In this document: positions 28,605 through 38,137 of the stretch, piece after piece
How the letters are laid out: each line of letters starts with the position of its first letter
Position numbering within the stretch: position 1 is the first letter of the stretch
Sequence record: PP274704.1
DNA length: 64,000 bases
Reading direction: 5' to 3' (one strand)
DNA from: Escherichia phage ECp13
The notes under the pieces: model-generated
Database searches by the model: none
Seen by the model: only the letters and a program-made list of their open reading frames with translations
What the model was told of the DNA's origin: nothing
Position numbers and translations under genes: made by a program

Positions 28605-29633
28605 ATGTCATCAATACCTTGGATTGATAATGAGTTTGCATACCGTGCATTAGCTCATTTACCTAAATTCACACAAGTAAATAATAGTTCAACTTTTAAA
28701 TTGCGGTTTAGATGCCCTGTTTGTGGAGATTCAAAAACCGACCAAAATAAAGCCCGTGGATGGTATTATGGTGATAATAATGAAGGAAATATTCATTGTT
28801 ATAACTGCAACTATCATGCACCAATCGGAATATATTTAAAGGAGTTTGAACCTGATTTATATCGTGAGTATATCTTTGAAATAAGAAAAGAAAAAGGTAA
28901 AAGTCGTCCAGTAGAAAAACCTAAAGAACTTCCTAAACAACCTGAGAAGAAAATAATTAAATCTCTTCCGTCATGCATTAGATTAGATAAACTGGCGGAA
29001 GACCATCCAATTATAAAATATGTAAAAGCTCGTTGTATTCCAAAGAATAAATGGAAATATCTTTGGTTTACAACCGAATGGCCTAAATTAGTTAATAGTA
29101 TAGCGCCAGGAACATATAAAAAGGAAATACCTGAGCCTCGTCTTGTTATTCCAATTTATAATGCTAACGGAAAAGCTGAGTCTTTTCAAGGACGTGCATT
29201 AAAGAAAGATGCTCCTCAAAAATATATCACCATCAAAGCTTATCCTGAGGCAACAAAAATTTATGGAGTTGAACGGGTTAAAGATGGTGATGTATATGTT
29301 CTAGAAGGACCTATAGATTCACTTTTTATTGAAAATGGTATAGCTATTACGGGCGGTCAATTAGACCTAGAAATTGTTCCATTTAAAGATAGACGTGTAT
29401 GGGTTTTAGATAATGAACCTCGTCATCCTGACACTATTAAACGAATGACTAAATTGGTCGATGCAGGAGAAAGGGTTATGTTTTGGGACAAATCTCCCTG
29501 GAAATCAAAAGATGTTAATGATATGATTAGAAAGGAAGGTGCAACCCCTAAACAAATTATGGAATATATGAAAAATAATATTGCCCAAGGGTTGATGGCT
29601 AAAATGCGGCTATCTAAATATGCTAAGATTTAA
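28605..29633 (+). CDS. 61: DNA primase gp61
   Basis: 342 aa; N-terminal Cys4 zinc ribbon CPVCGDS...CYNC; TOPRIM-like core. Confidence 0.9.
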   Translation: MSSIPWIDNEFAYRALAHLPKFTQVNNSSTFKLRFRCPVCGDSKTDQNKARGWYYGDNNEGNIHCYNCNYHAPIGIYLKEFEPDLYREYIFEIRKEKGKSRPVEKPKELPKQPEKKIIKSLPSCIRLDKLAEDHPIIKYVKARCIPKNKWKYLWFTTEWPKLVNSIAPGTYKKEIPEPRLVIPIYNANGKAESFQGRALKKDAPQKYITIKAYPEATKIYGVERVKDGDVYVLEGPIDSLFIENGIAITGGQLDLEIVPFKDRRVWVLDNEPRHPDTIKRMTKLVDAGERVMFWDKSPWKSKDVNDMIRKEGATPKQIMEYMKNNIAQGLMAKMRLSKYAKI

Positions 29634-29830
29634 ATTAACCCAACTAAAGCAAATGCTAAATCTACGAATGTATCAAGAGTAATTACTGGAATATTAACGC
29701 CATGAGCAATAGCAATTGGCGATAAAACAAAATTCCAGAGTAAAATTCCTACCATAGCAGAAATAGTAAAAGCTATACGTTTTTTATTACCTTTTATGGC
29801 ATTAACAAGTGCCATTAATTTTTGTACCAT
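29630..29830 (-). CDS. small membrane protein, 66 aa, antisense to flanking genes
   Basis: minus-strand ORF with AGGAGG 4 nt before ATG; two hydrophobic segments; stop overlaps gene 61 stop. Confidence 0.4.
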   Translation of the reverse strand: MVQKLMALVNAIKGNKKRIAFTISAMVGILLWNFVLSPIAIAHGVNIPVITLDTFVDLAFALVGLI

Positions 29831-29843
29831 ATGTCCTCCTTAT

Positions 29844-29867
29844 TGCTTTATATATTTATTGTATAAT
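29844..29867 (+). promoter_or_regulatory. putative middle promoter for gene 56 (MotA box TTGCTTTA + TATAAT)
   Basis: TTGCTTTA 29844-51, TATAAT 29862-67. Confidence 0.4.
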
Positions 29868-29901
29868 TAATCTACTAACCCATGAATTGAAAGGAAAAAT
29901 A

Positions 29902-30419
29902 ATGGCTTACTTTAATGAATGTAGTCAACTGATTGAAGGCGCTGATAAAGCTCAAAATGAATACTGGGATATTCTCGGCGATGAAAAAGACCCGCTGCAG
30001 GTTATGCTTGATATGCAGAAATCTCTGCAGGTTCGTTTAGCTAAAGATAAACCTGAATATAACCGTCATCCTGATGATTTGGCTACTGCAGGTGAAGTTG
30101 TTGATTGGCTGCGTAATCAGAAAGATTATATTGATGATGAATTCCGCGAACTTCTGACTTCTCTTGGTGGTATGAGCAATGGCGAAAAAGATGCATCTGC
30201 TGTATGGAAGCTTGGAAGTCGCAACACGGTGAACGTCGTGAAACTCTGATTACTGACTTATCTCCACAAGACCAGTTGGAAATTAAATTCGAAATGATTG
30301 ATATTCTTCATTTCGTTCTGAACATGTTCCAAGGTCTCGGTCTTACGGCTGAAGAAATCTTTAAACTTTATTATCTGAAAAATGCTGAAAACTTCGCTCG
30401 TCAAGACCGAGGTTATTAA
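29902..30419 (+). pseudogene. 56: dCTPase (dCTP pyrophosphatase, MazG-like) gp56 interrupted by an apparent 1-nt deletion
   Basis: N-terminal 116 codons in one frame (stop 30247-49), C-terminal conserved part in -1 frame from ~30204; joint length ~171 aa as in T4 gp56. Confidence 0.65.
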
Positions 30420-30453
30420 TATAAACGACGGCTTAAAAGCTGTGAGAATTTAT

Positions 30454-30461
30454 TATAAATA
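30454..30461 (+). promoter_or_regulatory. late promoter TATAAATA for soc
   Basis: exact TATAAATA about 30 nt upstream of soc ATG. Confidence 0.7.
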
Positions 30462-30491
30462 GTCATGTAATTTAAATAAAAGGAGAATTAC

Positions 30492-30737
30492 ATGGCTAGT
30501 ACTCGCGGTTATGTTAATATTAAAACATTTGAGCAGAAATTAGATGGAAATAAGAAAATTGAAGGAAAGGAAATTTCTGTAGCTTTCCCTCTTTATTCTG
30601 ACGTTCACAAAATTTCTGGTGCTCATTACCAGACATTCCCTTCAGAAAAAGCAGCATATACTACTGTATACGAAGAAAATCAACGTGATGCATGGATTGC
30701 TGCAAACGAAGATCTGTGGAAAGTAACTGGTGGTTAA
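30492..30737 (+). CDS. soc: small outer capsid protein Soc
   Basis: 81 aa; matches recalled T4 Soc; late promoter upstream. Confidence 0.85.
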   Translation: MASTRGYVNIKTFEQKLDGNKKIEGKEISVAFPLYSDVHKISGAHYQTFPSEKAAYTTVYEENQRDAWIAANEDLWKVTGG

Positions 30738-30744
30738 TAAATTC

Positions 30745-30770
30745 AAGGACTCCTTCGGGAGTCCTTTTTT
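30745..30770 (+). terminator. rho-independent terminator after soc
   Basis: GGACUCC-UUCG-GGAGUCC followed by TTTTTT. Confidence 0.8.
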
Positions 30771-30780
30771 CATTTTACCG

Positions 30781-30810
30781 GTTTACTTTCCAAAACAAGT
30801 ATGGTATAAT
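30781..30810 (+). promoter_or_regulatory. T4-type early promoter
   Basis: GTTTAC 30781-86, 18-nt spacer, TGG-TATAAT. Confidence 0.6.
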
Positions 30811-30836
30811 AAAATTATCTTATAGAGGAGAGCACT

Positions 30837-31049
30837 ATGTTAAATCGTTGGATTAAACCAAATGAAGACCTCCAGAAGGTTCTTGATAAAGCTATCTCTG
30901 ATAAATGGGGTATGAAAAGCTGGGATTGTGATATCGTCACGCATTCATTCATGATGCATGCAGATGGTTCAGTCGAGTTCAATGCTGAAATGCGATACAC
31001 TGACTGGGGTGGATTTCAAAGAGTCGAATTTCAAAGAGGCTTTTTGTAA
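30837..31049 (+). CDS. hypothetical protein, 70 aa
   Basis: ATG after AGAGGAGAG. Confidence 0.5.
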   Translation: MLNRWIKPNEDLQKVLDKAISDKWGMKSWDCDIVTHSFMMHADGSVEFNAEMRYTDWGGFQRVEFQRGFL

Positions 31050-31169
31050 TGTTTATCTTTAATTGGTTTAAAAGTTTCTTTACGGATTTTTTTCTCTACA
31101 ACTCCCGGAGAAGGTGTAGTTCCTATTTCAAATGACTACCTTCCTTTAACTGTAGTTGAATATGTTTAT

Positions 31170-31388
31170 ATGGGAGATGGAACAGTAGAAGCGGTTACTA
31201 TGACTTATGAAGAAGCCCAGGAATATTATAAAAATCCTTGGCGCTGGTCAACACCTACATCATCTAATGCGCAGAATACACAGTCTAGTTCTGATTCATA
31301 TGACACTAATGTTCCTGTTCATGTATGGACGGGCGATTCATGTGGAAGTTCTTGTGATTCTAGTTGTTCATCTACATCTTGTGATTGA
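31170..31388 (+). CDS. hypothetical protein with Cys/Ser-rich C-terminus, 72 aa
   Basis: C-terminal [17 protein letters not shown]; weak start context. Confidence 0.4.
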   Translation: MGDGTVEAVTMTYEEAQEYYKNPWRWSTPTSSNAQNTQSSSDSYDTNVPVHVWTGDSCGSSCDSSCSSTSCD

Positions 31389-31882
31389 GGAAAATTATGG
31401 AAGCGATTTTGTTTGAAATGTATATTAGCAGTAATAGTTTGTCGTTTGCTAAAGACGTTCCAATTACCGTAGCAGTAATGATTGATAAGGGTTATTGTGA
31501 CCCAATGTATCTTGTAGAAAATTTCGTTTCAATGCCAGTTCCAGAAGATGCTGAAATAAAACTTAAAAAGATTGGTATTATTGAAACTGTACCAAATATT
31601 CCATTTAGAGCAATTGAAGCATTTACTAAATCAGAATACATTAATGTTAGCGCAGAACAATATAATGATAATCCTTTATCTTTCTATTCGTATGATTCAG
31701 TATATAGTTGGAAAATAGATAAAGGAAATAAATTTATAATTGCGAGTGAAGATGCTTTATCATACTTTATTTCTTCTGTATGGAATAGTTTACATCCAAA
31801 TTTGCTAAAAATTCATGAATTTGATGATGCTCCTACTGTTATTTTAGGTAAAACAAATGAAAGTTCTGAAGAAGATGCTTGA
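31385..31882 (+). CDS. hypothetical protein, 165 aa
   Basis: ATGA overlap with previous ORF. Confidence 0.55.
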   Translation: MRKIMEAILFEMYISSNSLSFAKDVPITVAVMIDKGYCDPMYLVENFVSMPVPEDAEIKLKKIGIIETVPNIPFRAIEAFTKSEYINVSAEQYNDNPLSFYSYDSVYSWKIDKGNKFIIASEDALSYFISSVWNSLHPNLLKIHEFDDAPTVILGKTNESSEEDA

Positions 31883-32060
31883 ATGGTTCAATAGACCAAA
31901 CTCAATGTATATTGACGATGGTTGGGTTGAACAAGCAAATAAAGAAATGCAGAACGAATCGGAAGAATGGATGAAATCAATGATTAGTGCTGAGAAAGAA
32001 AAGAAATTAGAACGCTCAGCACTTAAATTAATGAGAGACATCTATGGGGATAAATCGTGA
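31857..32060 (+). CDS. hypothetical protein, 67 aa
   Basis: ORF overlapping 3' end of previous gene. Confidence 0.45.
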   Translation: MKVLKKMLEWFNRPNSMYIDDGWVEQANKEMQNESEEWMKSMISAEKEKKLERSALKLMRDIYGDKS

Positions 32061-32213
32061 ACAAAGATATGACATTAGAAGAGGCTAAAGCTAAAGCAAA
32101 CGAAGCACTGGATTTGCTTCTTAAAATCGGTAGTAAAATGATGGAAGAAAATGAGAAATATATCCAGGAAAACAAAATTCCTGACGGCCCATTAGTAGGC
32201 AAGAGGAAATCAC

Positions 32214-32684
32214 ATGATTGAAGTAGCAAAACGATATTCAATAGAATTTATGTCTAAAGAAGGTAAATCAGTAAATACACTTAATAAAAATTGCTCATTA
32301 ATTATTCCTTTAGCAGAAAATCCGGATCGTTTAATTAAAGATATAAAAGAAAGAAAATATCCAGAAAATGTTATTCTAGTTATAAAGCATACTGAAGATA
32401 TTTTGCATAATACAGATTCACCGTTTTCTTCTTCTGAAGCTTTAACTATTAAAGGCTATAAAAGAGCTCATGAATATAGTCTTTTTGACCTGTTTGAAGA
32501 CGATAAAGTTAAATTAGCTAGTCAACCTTCTAAAAGTAAAACATTCATTATTGAAGATATTAAAGATATAAATGCATTTATTAAGATGGTCTGGGCTCAT
32601 TTTGATGTTGGACTACGCTGGAGAATGTCCGAAGAAGAAAGAAAGATTATTGAAGCTAATCGTCATTTTGGTTTTTATCGCTAG
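32214..32684 (+). CDS. hypothetical protein, 156 aa
   Basis: ORF with SD AAGAGGAAA. Confidence 0.55.
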   Translation: MIEVAKRYSIEFMSKEGKSVNTLNKNCSLIIPLAENPDRLIKDIKERKYPENVILVIKHTEDILHNTDSPFSSSEALTIKGYKRAHEYSLFDLFEDDKVKLASQPSKSKTFIIEDIKDINAFIKMVWAHFDVGLRWRMSEEERKIIEANRHFGFYR

Positions 32685-32692
32685 GAATTAAT

Positions 32693-32875
32693 ATGGATTT
32701 ATTTGAGATGTTAGAAGATAATCATTCTACGAATATCCAGAATGATTCTAGTGATTATAAGAAAGAGTACCGTATAGTATTACAGAATTATGGAATTGAA
32801 GCCCCAGATGCTCTTCTAGAAGAACTAGCTTCATACCATCTTGACCCTCCGCCCTGGGCTCCCTGGGCAAAATAA
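32693..32875 (+). CDS. hypothetical protein, 60 aa
   Basis: short ORF after AGGAATTAAT. Confidence 0.45.
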   Translation: MDLFEMLEDNHSTNIQNDSSDYKKEYRIVLQNYGIEAPDALLEELASYHLDPPPWAPWAK

Positions 32876-32886
32876 TTCAAAAAGTT

Positions 32887-32916
32887 GTTTACTTTCCTTC
32901 CTAACAATGATATGAT
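32887..32916 (+). promoter_or_regulatory. T4-type early promoter
   Basis: GTTTAC 32887-92, 18-nt spacer, TATGAT. Confidence 0.5.
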
Positions 32917-32942
32917 AGCTTCTGAAGTATATGGAGGCTATC

Positions 32943-33566
32943 ATGATTATTAATCTCGCAGATGTTGAACAGTTATCTATAAAAGCTGAAAGTGTCGATT
33001 TTCAATATGATATGTATAAAAAGGTCTGTGAAAAATTTACTGACTTTGAACAGTCAATTCTTTGGCAATGTATGGAAGCCAAAAAGAATGAAGCTCTTCA
33101 TCGGCAGTTGAATAAAATCGTTAAAAAGCATTTAACTAAATCGCCTTATCAGCTATATCGTGGTATATCAAAATCGACAAAAGAACTCATTAAAGATTTA
33201 CAAGTTGGAGAAGTGTTTTCAACGAACAGAGTAGATTCATTTACTACTAGTTTGCATACAGCATGTGGTTTTTCTTATGTTGAATATTCCACTGAAATAA
33301 TATTTCGCTTAAAAACTGATAAAGCTTTTAATTATTCTGACCATATCAGCGATATTATACTTTCTTCTCCTAATACTGAGTTTAAGTATACATATGAAGA
33401 TACTGATGGATTAGATTCAGAACGTACTGATAACTTAACGATGATTGTACGTGAACAAGAATGGATGATTCCAATTGGAAAGTATAAAATAACTTCTATT
33501 TCAAAAGAAAAATTACACGATTCATTTGGAACATTTAAAGTGTATGATATTGAGGTAGTTGAATGA
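32943..33566 (+). CDS. modB: ADP-ribosyltransferase ModB
   Basis: 207 aa from ATG 32943; R / S-T-N / E-x-E (REQEWMIP) motifs. Confidence 0.75.
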   Translation: MIINLADVEQLSIKAESVDFQYDMYKKVCEKFTDFEQSILWQCMEAKKNEALHRQLNKIVKKHLTKSPYQLYRGISKSTKELIKDLQVGEVFSTNRVDSFTTSLHTACGFSYVEYSTEIIFRLKTDKAFNYSDHISDIILSSPNTEFKYTYEDTDGLDSERTDNLTMIVREQEWMIPIGKYKITSISKEKLHDSFGTFKVYDIEVVE

Positions 33567-34165
33567 AATATTCAGCAATGCAATTAAAAGATTTTAAAAT
33601 CAAATCAATGGATGCATCGGTGCGTGCTTCTATTCGCGAAGAATTACTTTCTGAAGGATTTAATTTATCCGAAATTGAACTTTTAATTCATTGTATTACT
33701 AATAAGCCAGACGATCATTCTTGGTTAAATGAAATAATCAAATCTCGTTTGGAACCAAACGATAAACCTCTTTGGAGAGGTGTTCCAGTTGAGACTAAGC
33801 AGGTGTTAAATCAAGGAATTGATATTATTACATTTGATAAAGTAGTATCAGCTTCATATGATAAAAATATAGCTCTACATTTTGCTTCTGGATTAGAATA
33901 CAATACACAAGTTATTTTTGAATTCAAAGCTCCTATGGTATTTAATTTCCAGGAGTATGCTATAAAAGCTCTACGTTGTAAAGAATATAGTCCGAGTTTT
34001 AAGTTTCCAGATAGCCATCGCTATCGTAATATGGAATTAGTTTCAGATGAACAAGAAGTAATGATACCTGCTGGAAGTGTATTTAGAATTGCGGATAGAT
34101 ACGAGTATAAAAAGTATTCAACATACACTATCTATACTCTTGATTTTGAAGGATTTAATCTATAA
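33563..34165 (+). CDS. modA: ADP-ribosyltransferase ModA
   Basis: 200 aa; paralog of upstream ORF with DEQEVMIP motif. Confidence 0.75.
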   Translation: MKYSAMQLKDFKIKSMDASVRASIREELLSEGFNLSEIELLIHCITNKPDDHSWLNEIIKSRLEPNDKPLWRGVPVETKQVLNQGIDIITFDKVVSASYDKNIALHFASGLEYNTQVIFEFKAPMVFNFQEYAIKALRCKEYSPSFKFPDSHRYRNMELVSDEQEVMIPAGSVFRIADRYEYKKYSTYTIYTLDFEGFNL

Positions 34166-34221
34166 TGGAAGGACTTAGATTCATTATACCACGAAAGTTT
34201 TAAAGCATTTTTCATAAAGTT

Positions 34222-34251
34222 GTTTACAAACTGAAGTAAAAATGTTATAGT
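34222..34251 (+). promoter_or_regulatory. T4-type early promoter
   Basis: GTTTAC 34222-27, 18-nt spacer, TATAGT. Confidence 0.5.
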
Positions 34252-34281
34252 ATAAGTAGTTAACCCGTCCGTGAGAAAAAT

Positions 34282-35028
34282 ATGAAACTGTCTAAAAATC
34301 AAATTCGTAAAATTACACGTCGTCTAGAGCATACCCAGGCATCTGCTAAAAGACGTTCTAAAGATTTTAACTTAGACTTCAATTACATTAAGAACATTTT
34401 AGATCAGAAAGTTTGCGCTTACTCAGGAGAACCTTTTGATAATCGTATTGAAGGAGAGAAATTATCATTAGAACGTTTTGATAATAACGTTGGATACATT
34501 AAAGGGAATGTTATTGCAGTAAAGAAAAAGTACAATACATTTCGTTCTGATTATACTTTAGAAGAGTTGATTGAAAAGCGTGATTTATTTGCTTTGCGAA
34601 TTGGTCGTTCATCTGCGAAAAAGGTTCATAAACTAAATTTAGATGAAAAGAAATGGGCTAAAATCAAAAAGACTTATAATCAAATTAAAGCTATACAGAA
34701 AAAACGTGAAAACCGAATTGAACACATTTCTCAGCTTTCTAAATCAAAACAAACCTCTGACATTAAGCTAACGATTGTAGCACTCAAAGCTCGTATTGAT
34801 GGTTCTCGTATAGCAGAAGGAACTGAAGTTGTTAAATTGAACGTTCTTCTTAAAGGCTCTGATTGGAAAACTGTGAAAAAGTTGTCAGAAGCAGAAATGC
34901 AATATGATATGTGTGATAAAATTATTCAAGGTGTAGAGCGGTATCAAAACTTGTCTTTTATTGATAAACTTAAACTGAAAAGAGGATACCCGCTAAATTG
35001 TTCAATTTTTAAACTTATCCGAGGATAA
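34282..35028 (+). CDS. srd: Srd-like protein
   Basis: 248 aa; position upstream of dda.1/dda as in T4; name from position and length only. Confidence 0.5.
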   Translation: MKLSKNQIRKITRRLEHTQASAKRRSKDFNLDFNYIKNILDQKVCAYSGEPFDNRIEGEKLSLERFDNNVGYIKGNVIAVKKKYNTFRSDYTLEELIEKRDLFALRIGRSSAKKVHKLNLDEKKWAKIKKTYNQIKAIQKKRENRIEHISQLSKSKQTSDIKLTIVALKARIDGSRIAEGTEVVKLNVLLKGSDWKTVKKLSEAEMQYDMCDKIIQGVERYQNLSFIDKLKLKRGYPLNCSIFKLIRG

Positions 35029-35029
35029 T

Positions 35030-35341
35030 ATGTTTTATGTATATGCGATAGTGTATAGAGACAAAGATGGATTTGCAGTGCCTGTTCCTCTTGATGAACA
35101 TCGTCCTGCTGTATTTTTTGAAAGGGAGATTGCTGATAAAGTTTTTACAACTCTTAAAGAGCAGTATCTACTAGCTTTAGGTATGGGAATTCCTAGATTA
35201 GTTGAGACTCCACGCAAGTTTTGGTTTAATAAAATAGAAGTTAAACATGTTAAGCCTGATGTAGACACACAAAGATTATATCGGCGAATTTTAGATACTG
35301 GGCGTATTGTTAGTATACCAATTGCAGGGAATTTACGATGA
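35030..35341 (+). CDS. hypothetical protein, 103 aa
   Basis: ORF overlapping dda start. Confidence 0.5.
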   Translation: MFYVYAIVYRDKDGFAVPVPLDEHRPAVFFEREIADKVFTTLKEQYLLALGMGIPRLVETPRKFWFNKIEVKHVKPDVDTQRLYRRILDTGRIVSIPIAGNLR

Positions 35342-36657
35342 CATTTGATGATTTGACAGAAGGCCAGAAAAATGCCTTTAACATCGTTATGAGGGCTATT
35401 AAAGAAAAGAAACATCATGTAACTATTAATGGACCTGCTGGTACTGGTAAGACTACTCTTACTAAGTTCATCATTGAAGCCTTAATATCTACGGGCGAAA
35501 CTGGCATTATTTTAGCAGCTCCTACTCATGCAGCTAAAAAGATTCTTTCAAAACTGTCAGGGAAAGAAGCGAGTACTATTCACAGTATTCTCAAAATTAA
35601 CCCGGTAACATATGAAGAAAACGTTCTTTTTGAACAAAAAGAAGTACCGGATTTAGCTAAATGTAGAGTATTAATCTGCGACGAAGTGTCAATGTATGAT
35701 AGAAAGCTATTTAAAATTCTGCTTTCAACTATCCCGCCGTGGTGTACTATAATTGGAATAGGCGATAATAAGCAAATTAGACCTGTTGACCCAGGAGAAA
35801 ACACCGCTTATATCAGTCCGTTCTTTACACATAAAGATTTTTATCAGTGTGAACTCACTGAAGTTAAACGCAGTAATGCTCCTATTATTGATGTAGCTAC
35901 TGATGTTCGCAACGGTAAGTGGATTTATGATAAAGTTGTTGACGGGCATGGAGTACGTGGATTTACTGGTGATACCGCTTTACGTGATTTTATGGTAAAT
36001 TATTTTTCAATCGTAAAATCACTAGACGATTTGTTTGAAAATCGCGTAATGGCATTTACGAATAAATCTGTTGATAAGTTAAATAGCATTATTCGCAAAA
36101 AGATTTTTGAAACTGATAAAGATTTTATCGTTGGTGAAATTATTGTAATGCAGGAACCATTAATTAAAACATATAAAATTGATGGAAAGCCTGTGTCAGA
36201 AATTATTTTTAATAACGGACAATTAGTTCGTATTATAGAAGCAGAGTATACATCAACATTTGTTAAAGCTCGTGGTGTTTCTGGAGAATATCTAATTCGT
36301 CATTGGGATTTAACGGTAGAAACTTACGGCGATGATGAATATTATCGTGAAAAGATTAAAATAATTTCATCTGATGAAGAGCTGTATAAGTTTAACTTAT
36401 TTTTAGGTAAAACGGCAGAAACGTATAAAAATTGGAATAAAGGTGGAAAAGCTCCGTGGAGTGATTTTTGGGATGCTAAATCACAGTTTAGTAAAGTGAA
36501 AGCACTTCCTGCATCAACATTCCATAAAGCTCAGGGCATGTCTGTAGACCGTGCTTTCATCTATACACCTTGTATTCATTATGCAGATGCTGAATTGGCT
36601 CAGCAGCTTCTTTATGTTGGTGTCACTCGTGGTCGTTATGATGTGTTTTATGTGTGA
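35338..36657 (+). CDS. dda: Dda DNA helicase (SF1B)
   Basis: 439 aa; Walker A GPAGTGKTT. Confidence 0.9.
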   Translation: MTFDDLTEGQKNAFNIVMRAIKEKKHHVTINGPAGTGKTTLTKFIIEALISTGETGIILAAPTHAAKKILSKLSGKEASTIHSILKINPVTYEENVLFEQKEVPDLAKCRVLICDEVSMYDRKLFKILLSTIPPWCTIIGIGDNKQIRPVDPGENTAYISPFFTHKDFYQCELTEVKRSNAPIIDVATDVRNGKWIYDKVVDGHGVRGFTGDTALRDFMVNYFSIVKSLDDLFENRVMAFTNKSVDKLNSIIRKKIFETDKDFIVGEIIVMQEPLIKTYKIDGKPVSEIIFNNGQLVRIIEAEYTSTFVKARGVSGEYLIRHWDLTVETYGDDEYYREKIKIISSDEELYKFNLFLGKTAETYKNWNKGGKAPWSDFWDAKSQFSKVKALPASTFHKAQGMSVDRAFIYTPCIHYADAELAQQLLYVGVTRGRYDVFYV

Positions 36658-36663
36658 GGATAT

Positions 36664-36924
36664 ATGATTAACATCAATTCAAAATATTTAAATCGTCTAA
36701 TAGATGGTATAAAGAAGCACACTGATAAGCAAGATAACCTCAGTGTTATGGTAACAGGAGCTGAGCTCCTTTATAAGCTTAATCTTATAAGTGATACTAT
36801 ACTAGCAATTAAACGAATTGAAAAACAATCATATCACAGTAATACAGACACGGTAATTACGCTAGATGAAAGTGTCTGTAAGCTGTTGATTAAATTTGAG
36901 GAAGCTATTCGTGGAAATAACTAA
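36664..36924 (+). CDS. hypothetical protein, 86 aa
   Basis: ORF after GTGAGGATAT. Confidence 0.5.
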   Translation: MININSKYLNRLIDGIKKHTDKQDNLSVMVTGAELLYKLNLISDTILAIKRIEKQSYHSNTDTVITLDESVCKLLIKFEEAIRGNN

Positions 36925-37156
36925 AGACCAGTTTTATCTGCTTCAAGATAAAGTGAGCGAAATTTATGAAATAGCTTATAGTAAAAATCGTACAAATGTA
37001 AAAATTGAATCAGGCAAGTTAATGCTTCAATTGGAAGAAATTGAACGAGATTTGATTGCGTTAGAATTCTTTTGCGGTGAAGTGAAAACTGTTACAATCA
37101 GTGATTATGTTTTAGGTGAAATTAGCCATCTTTATAAGGCGGTTATTAATGATTGA
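36911..37156 (+). CDS. hypothetical protein, 81 aa
   Basis: GTG 36911 after GAGGAAG; paralogous to next ORF. Confidence 0.4.
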   Translation: MEITKDQFYLLQDKVSEIYEIAYSKNRTNVKIESGKLMLQLEEIERDLIALEFFCGEVKTVTISDYVLGEISHLYKAVIND

Positions 37157-37391
37157 ATTAAGTTTGCATCAGTTTAAGTCTCTTATGGCAAATGTTAAAG
37201 CTGTCATTCAAGAAAATTCAGGACCTGATAATGTTACTATTCGCGAAAAAGCTTTAAAGATAGTATACAGTCTTGAAGAGATACAAAAAGATATTGAATC
37301 TATGGCAAAATTTATTGATGAGCCCATTAATAAAGTTTATATCCAAGATTATACTGTAGGTCAAATTCGCGATTTAGCGAGGAAAATTTAA
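37149..37391 (+). CDS. hypothetical protein, 80 aa
   Basis: ATG 37149 after TAAGGCGG; paralogous to previous ORF. Confidence 0.45.
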   Translation: MIELSLHQFKSLMANVKAVIQENSGPDNVTIREKALKIVYSLEEIQKDIESMAKFIDEPINKVYIQDYTVGQIRDLARKI

Positions 37392-38074
37392 TGTTTGATT
37401 TTATTATAGATTTTGAAACAATGGGAAGCGGTGAAAAGGCAGCTGTTATTGATTTGGCTGTTATTGCCTTTGACCCTAATCCAGAAGTAGTTGAAACATT
37501 TGATGAATTAGTTTCACGCGGCATTAAAATCAAGTTTGATTTAAAAAGCCAAAAAGGACATCGTCTTTTTACTAAAAGCACTATCGAATGGTGGAAAAAT
37601 CAATCTCCTGAAGCTCGAAAAAATATTGCACCATCAGATGAAGATGTAAGCACTATCGATGGTATTGCAAAATTTAATGATTACATCAATGCGCATAATA
37701 TCGATCCTTGGAAATCTCAAGGCTGGTGCCGTGGAATGTCGTTTGATTTTCCAATTTTAGTTGATCTCATTCGTGATATTCAGCGTCTTAACGGCGTTTC
37801 CGAGAATGAGCTTGATACGTTTAAGTTAGAACCTTGTAAATTCTGGAATCAACGCGATATTCGCACCAGAATTGAAGCACTTCTGCTTGTTCGTGATATG
37901 ACCACATGTCCTCTTCCAAAGGGAACTTTAGACGGGTTCGTTGCGCATGATTCTATTCATGACTGTGCGAAAGACATCCTGATGATGAAGTATGCTTTGC
38001 GATATGCTATGGGTCTTGAAGATGCTCCGTCAGAGGAAGAGTGCGATCCTCTATCTCTTCCAACAAAACGATAA
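37391..38074 (+). CDS. dexA: exonuclease A (DnaQ-like 3'-5' exonuclease)
   Basis: 227 aa; DFET exonuclease motif. Confidence 0.85.
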   Translation: MFDFIIDFETMGSGEKAAVIDLAVIAFDPNPEVVETFDELVSRGIKIKFDLKSQKGHRLFTKSTIEWWKNQSPEARKNIAPSDEDVSTIDGIAKFNDYINAHNIDPWKSQGWCRGMSFDFPILVDLIRDIQRLNGVSENELDTFKLEPCKFWNQRDIRTRIEALLLVRDMTTCPLPKGTLDGFVAHDSIHDCAKDILMMKYALRYAMGLEDAPSEEECDPLSLPTKR

Positions 38075-38080
38075 AAAGTT

Positions 38081-38110
38081 GTTTACTTCCTCGGTTAGTT
38101 GTGGTATTAT
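38081..38110 (+). promoter_or_regulatory. T4-type early promoter
   Basis: GTTTAC 38081-86, 18-nt spacer, TGG-TATTAT. Confidence 0.55.
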
Positions 38111-38137
38111 AACACCATAGCTACTGAGGATAATAAA

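Noticed and set aside
30204-30249. Programmed -1 ribosomal frameshifting as the explanation for the rIIA and gene 56 frame breaks
   Set aside because: Neither overlap region contains a slippery X-XXY-YYZ heptamer or a downstream pseudoknot-like structure; a single-base indel is the simpler explanation.
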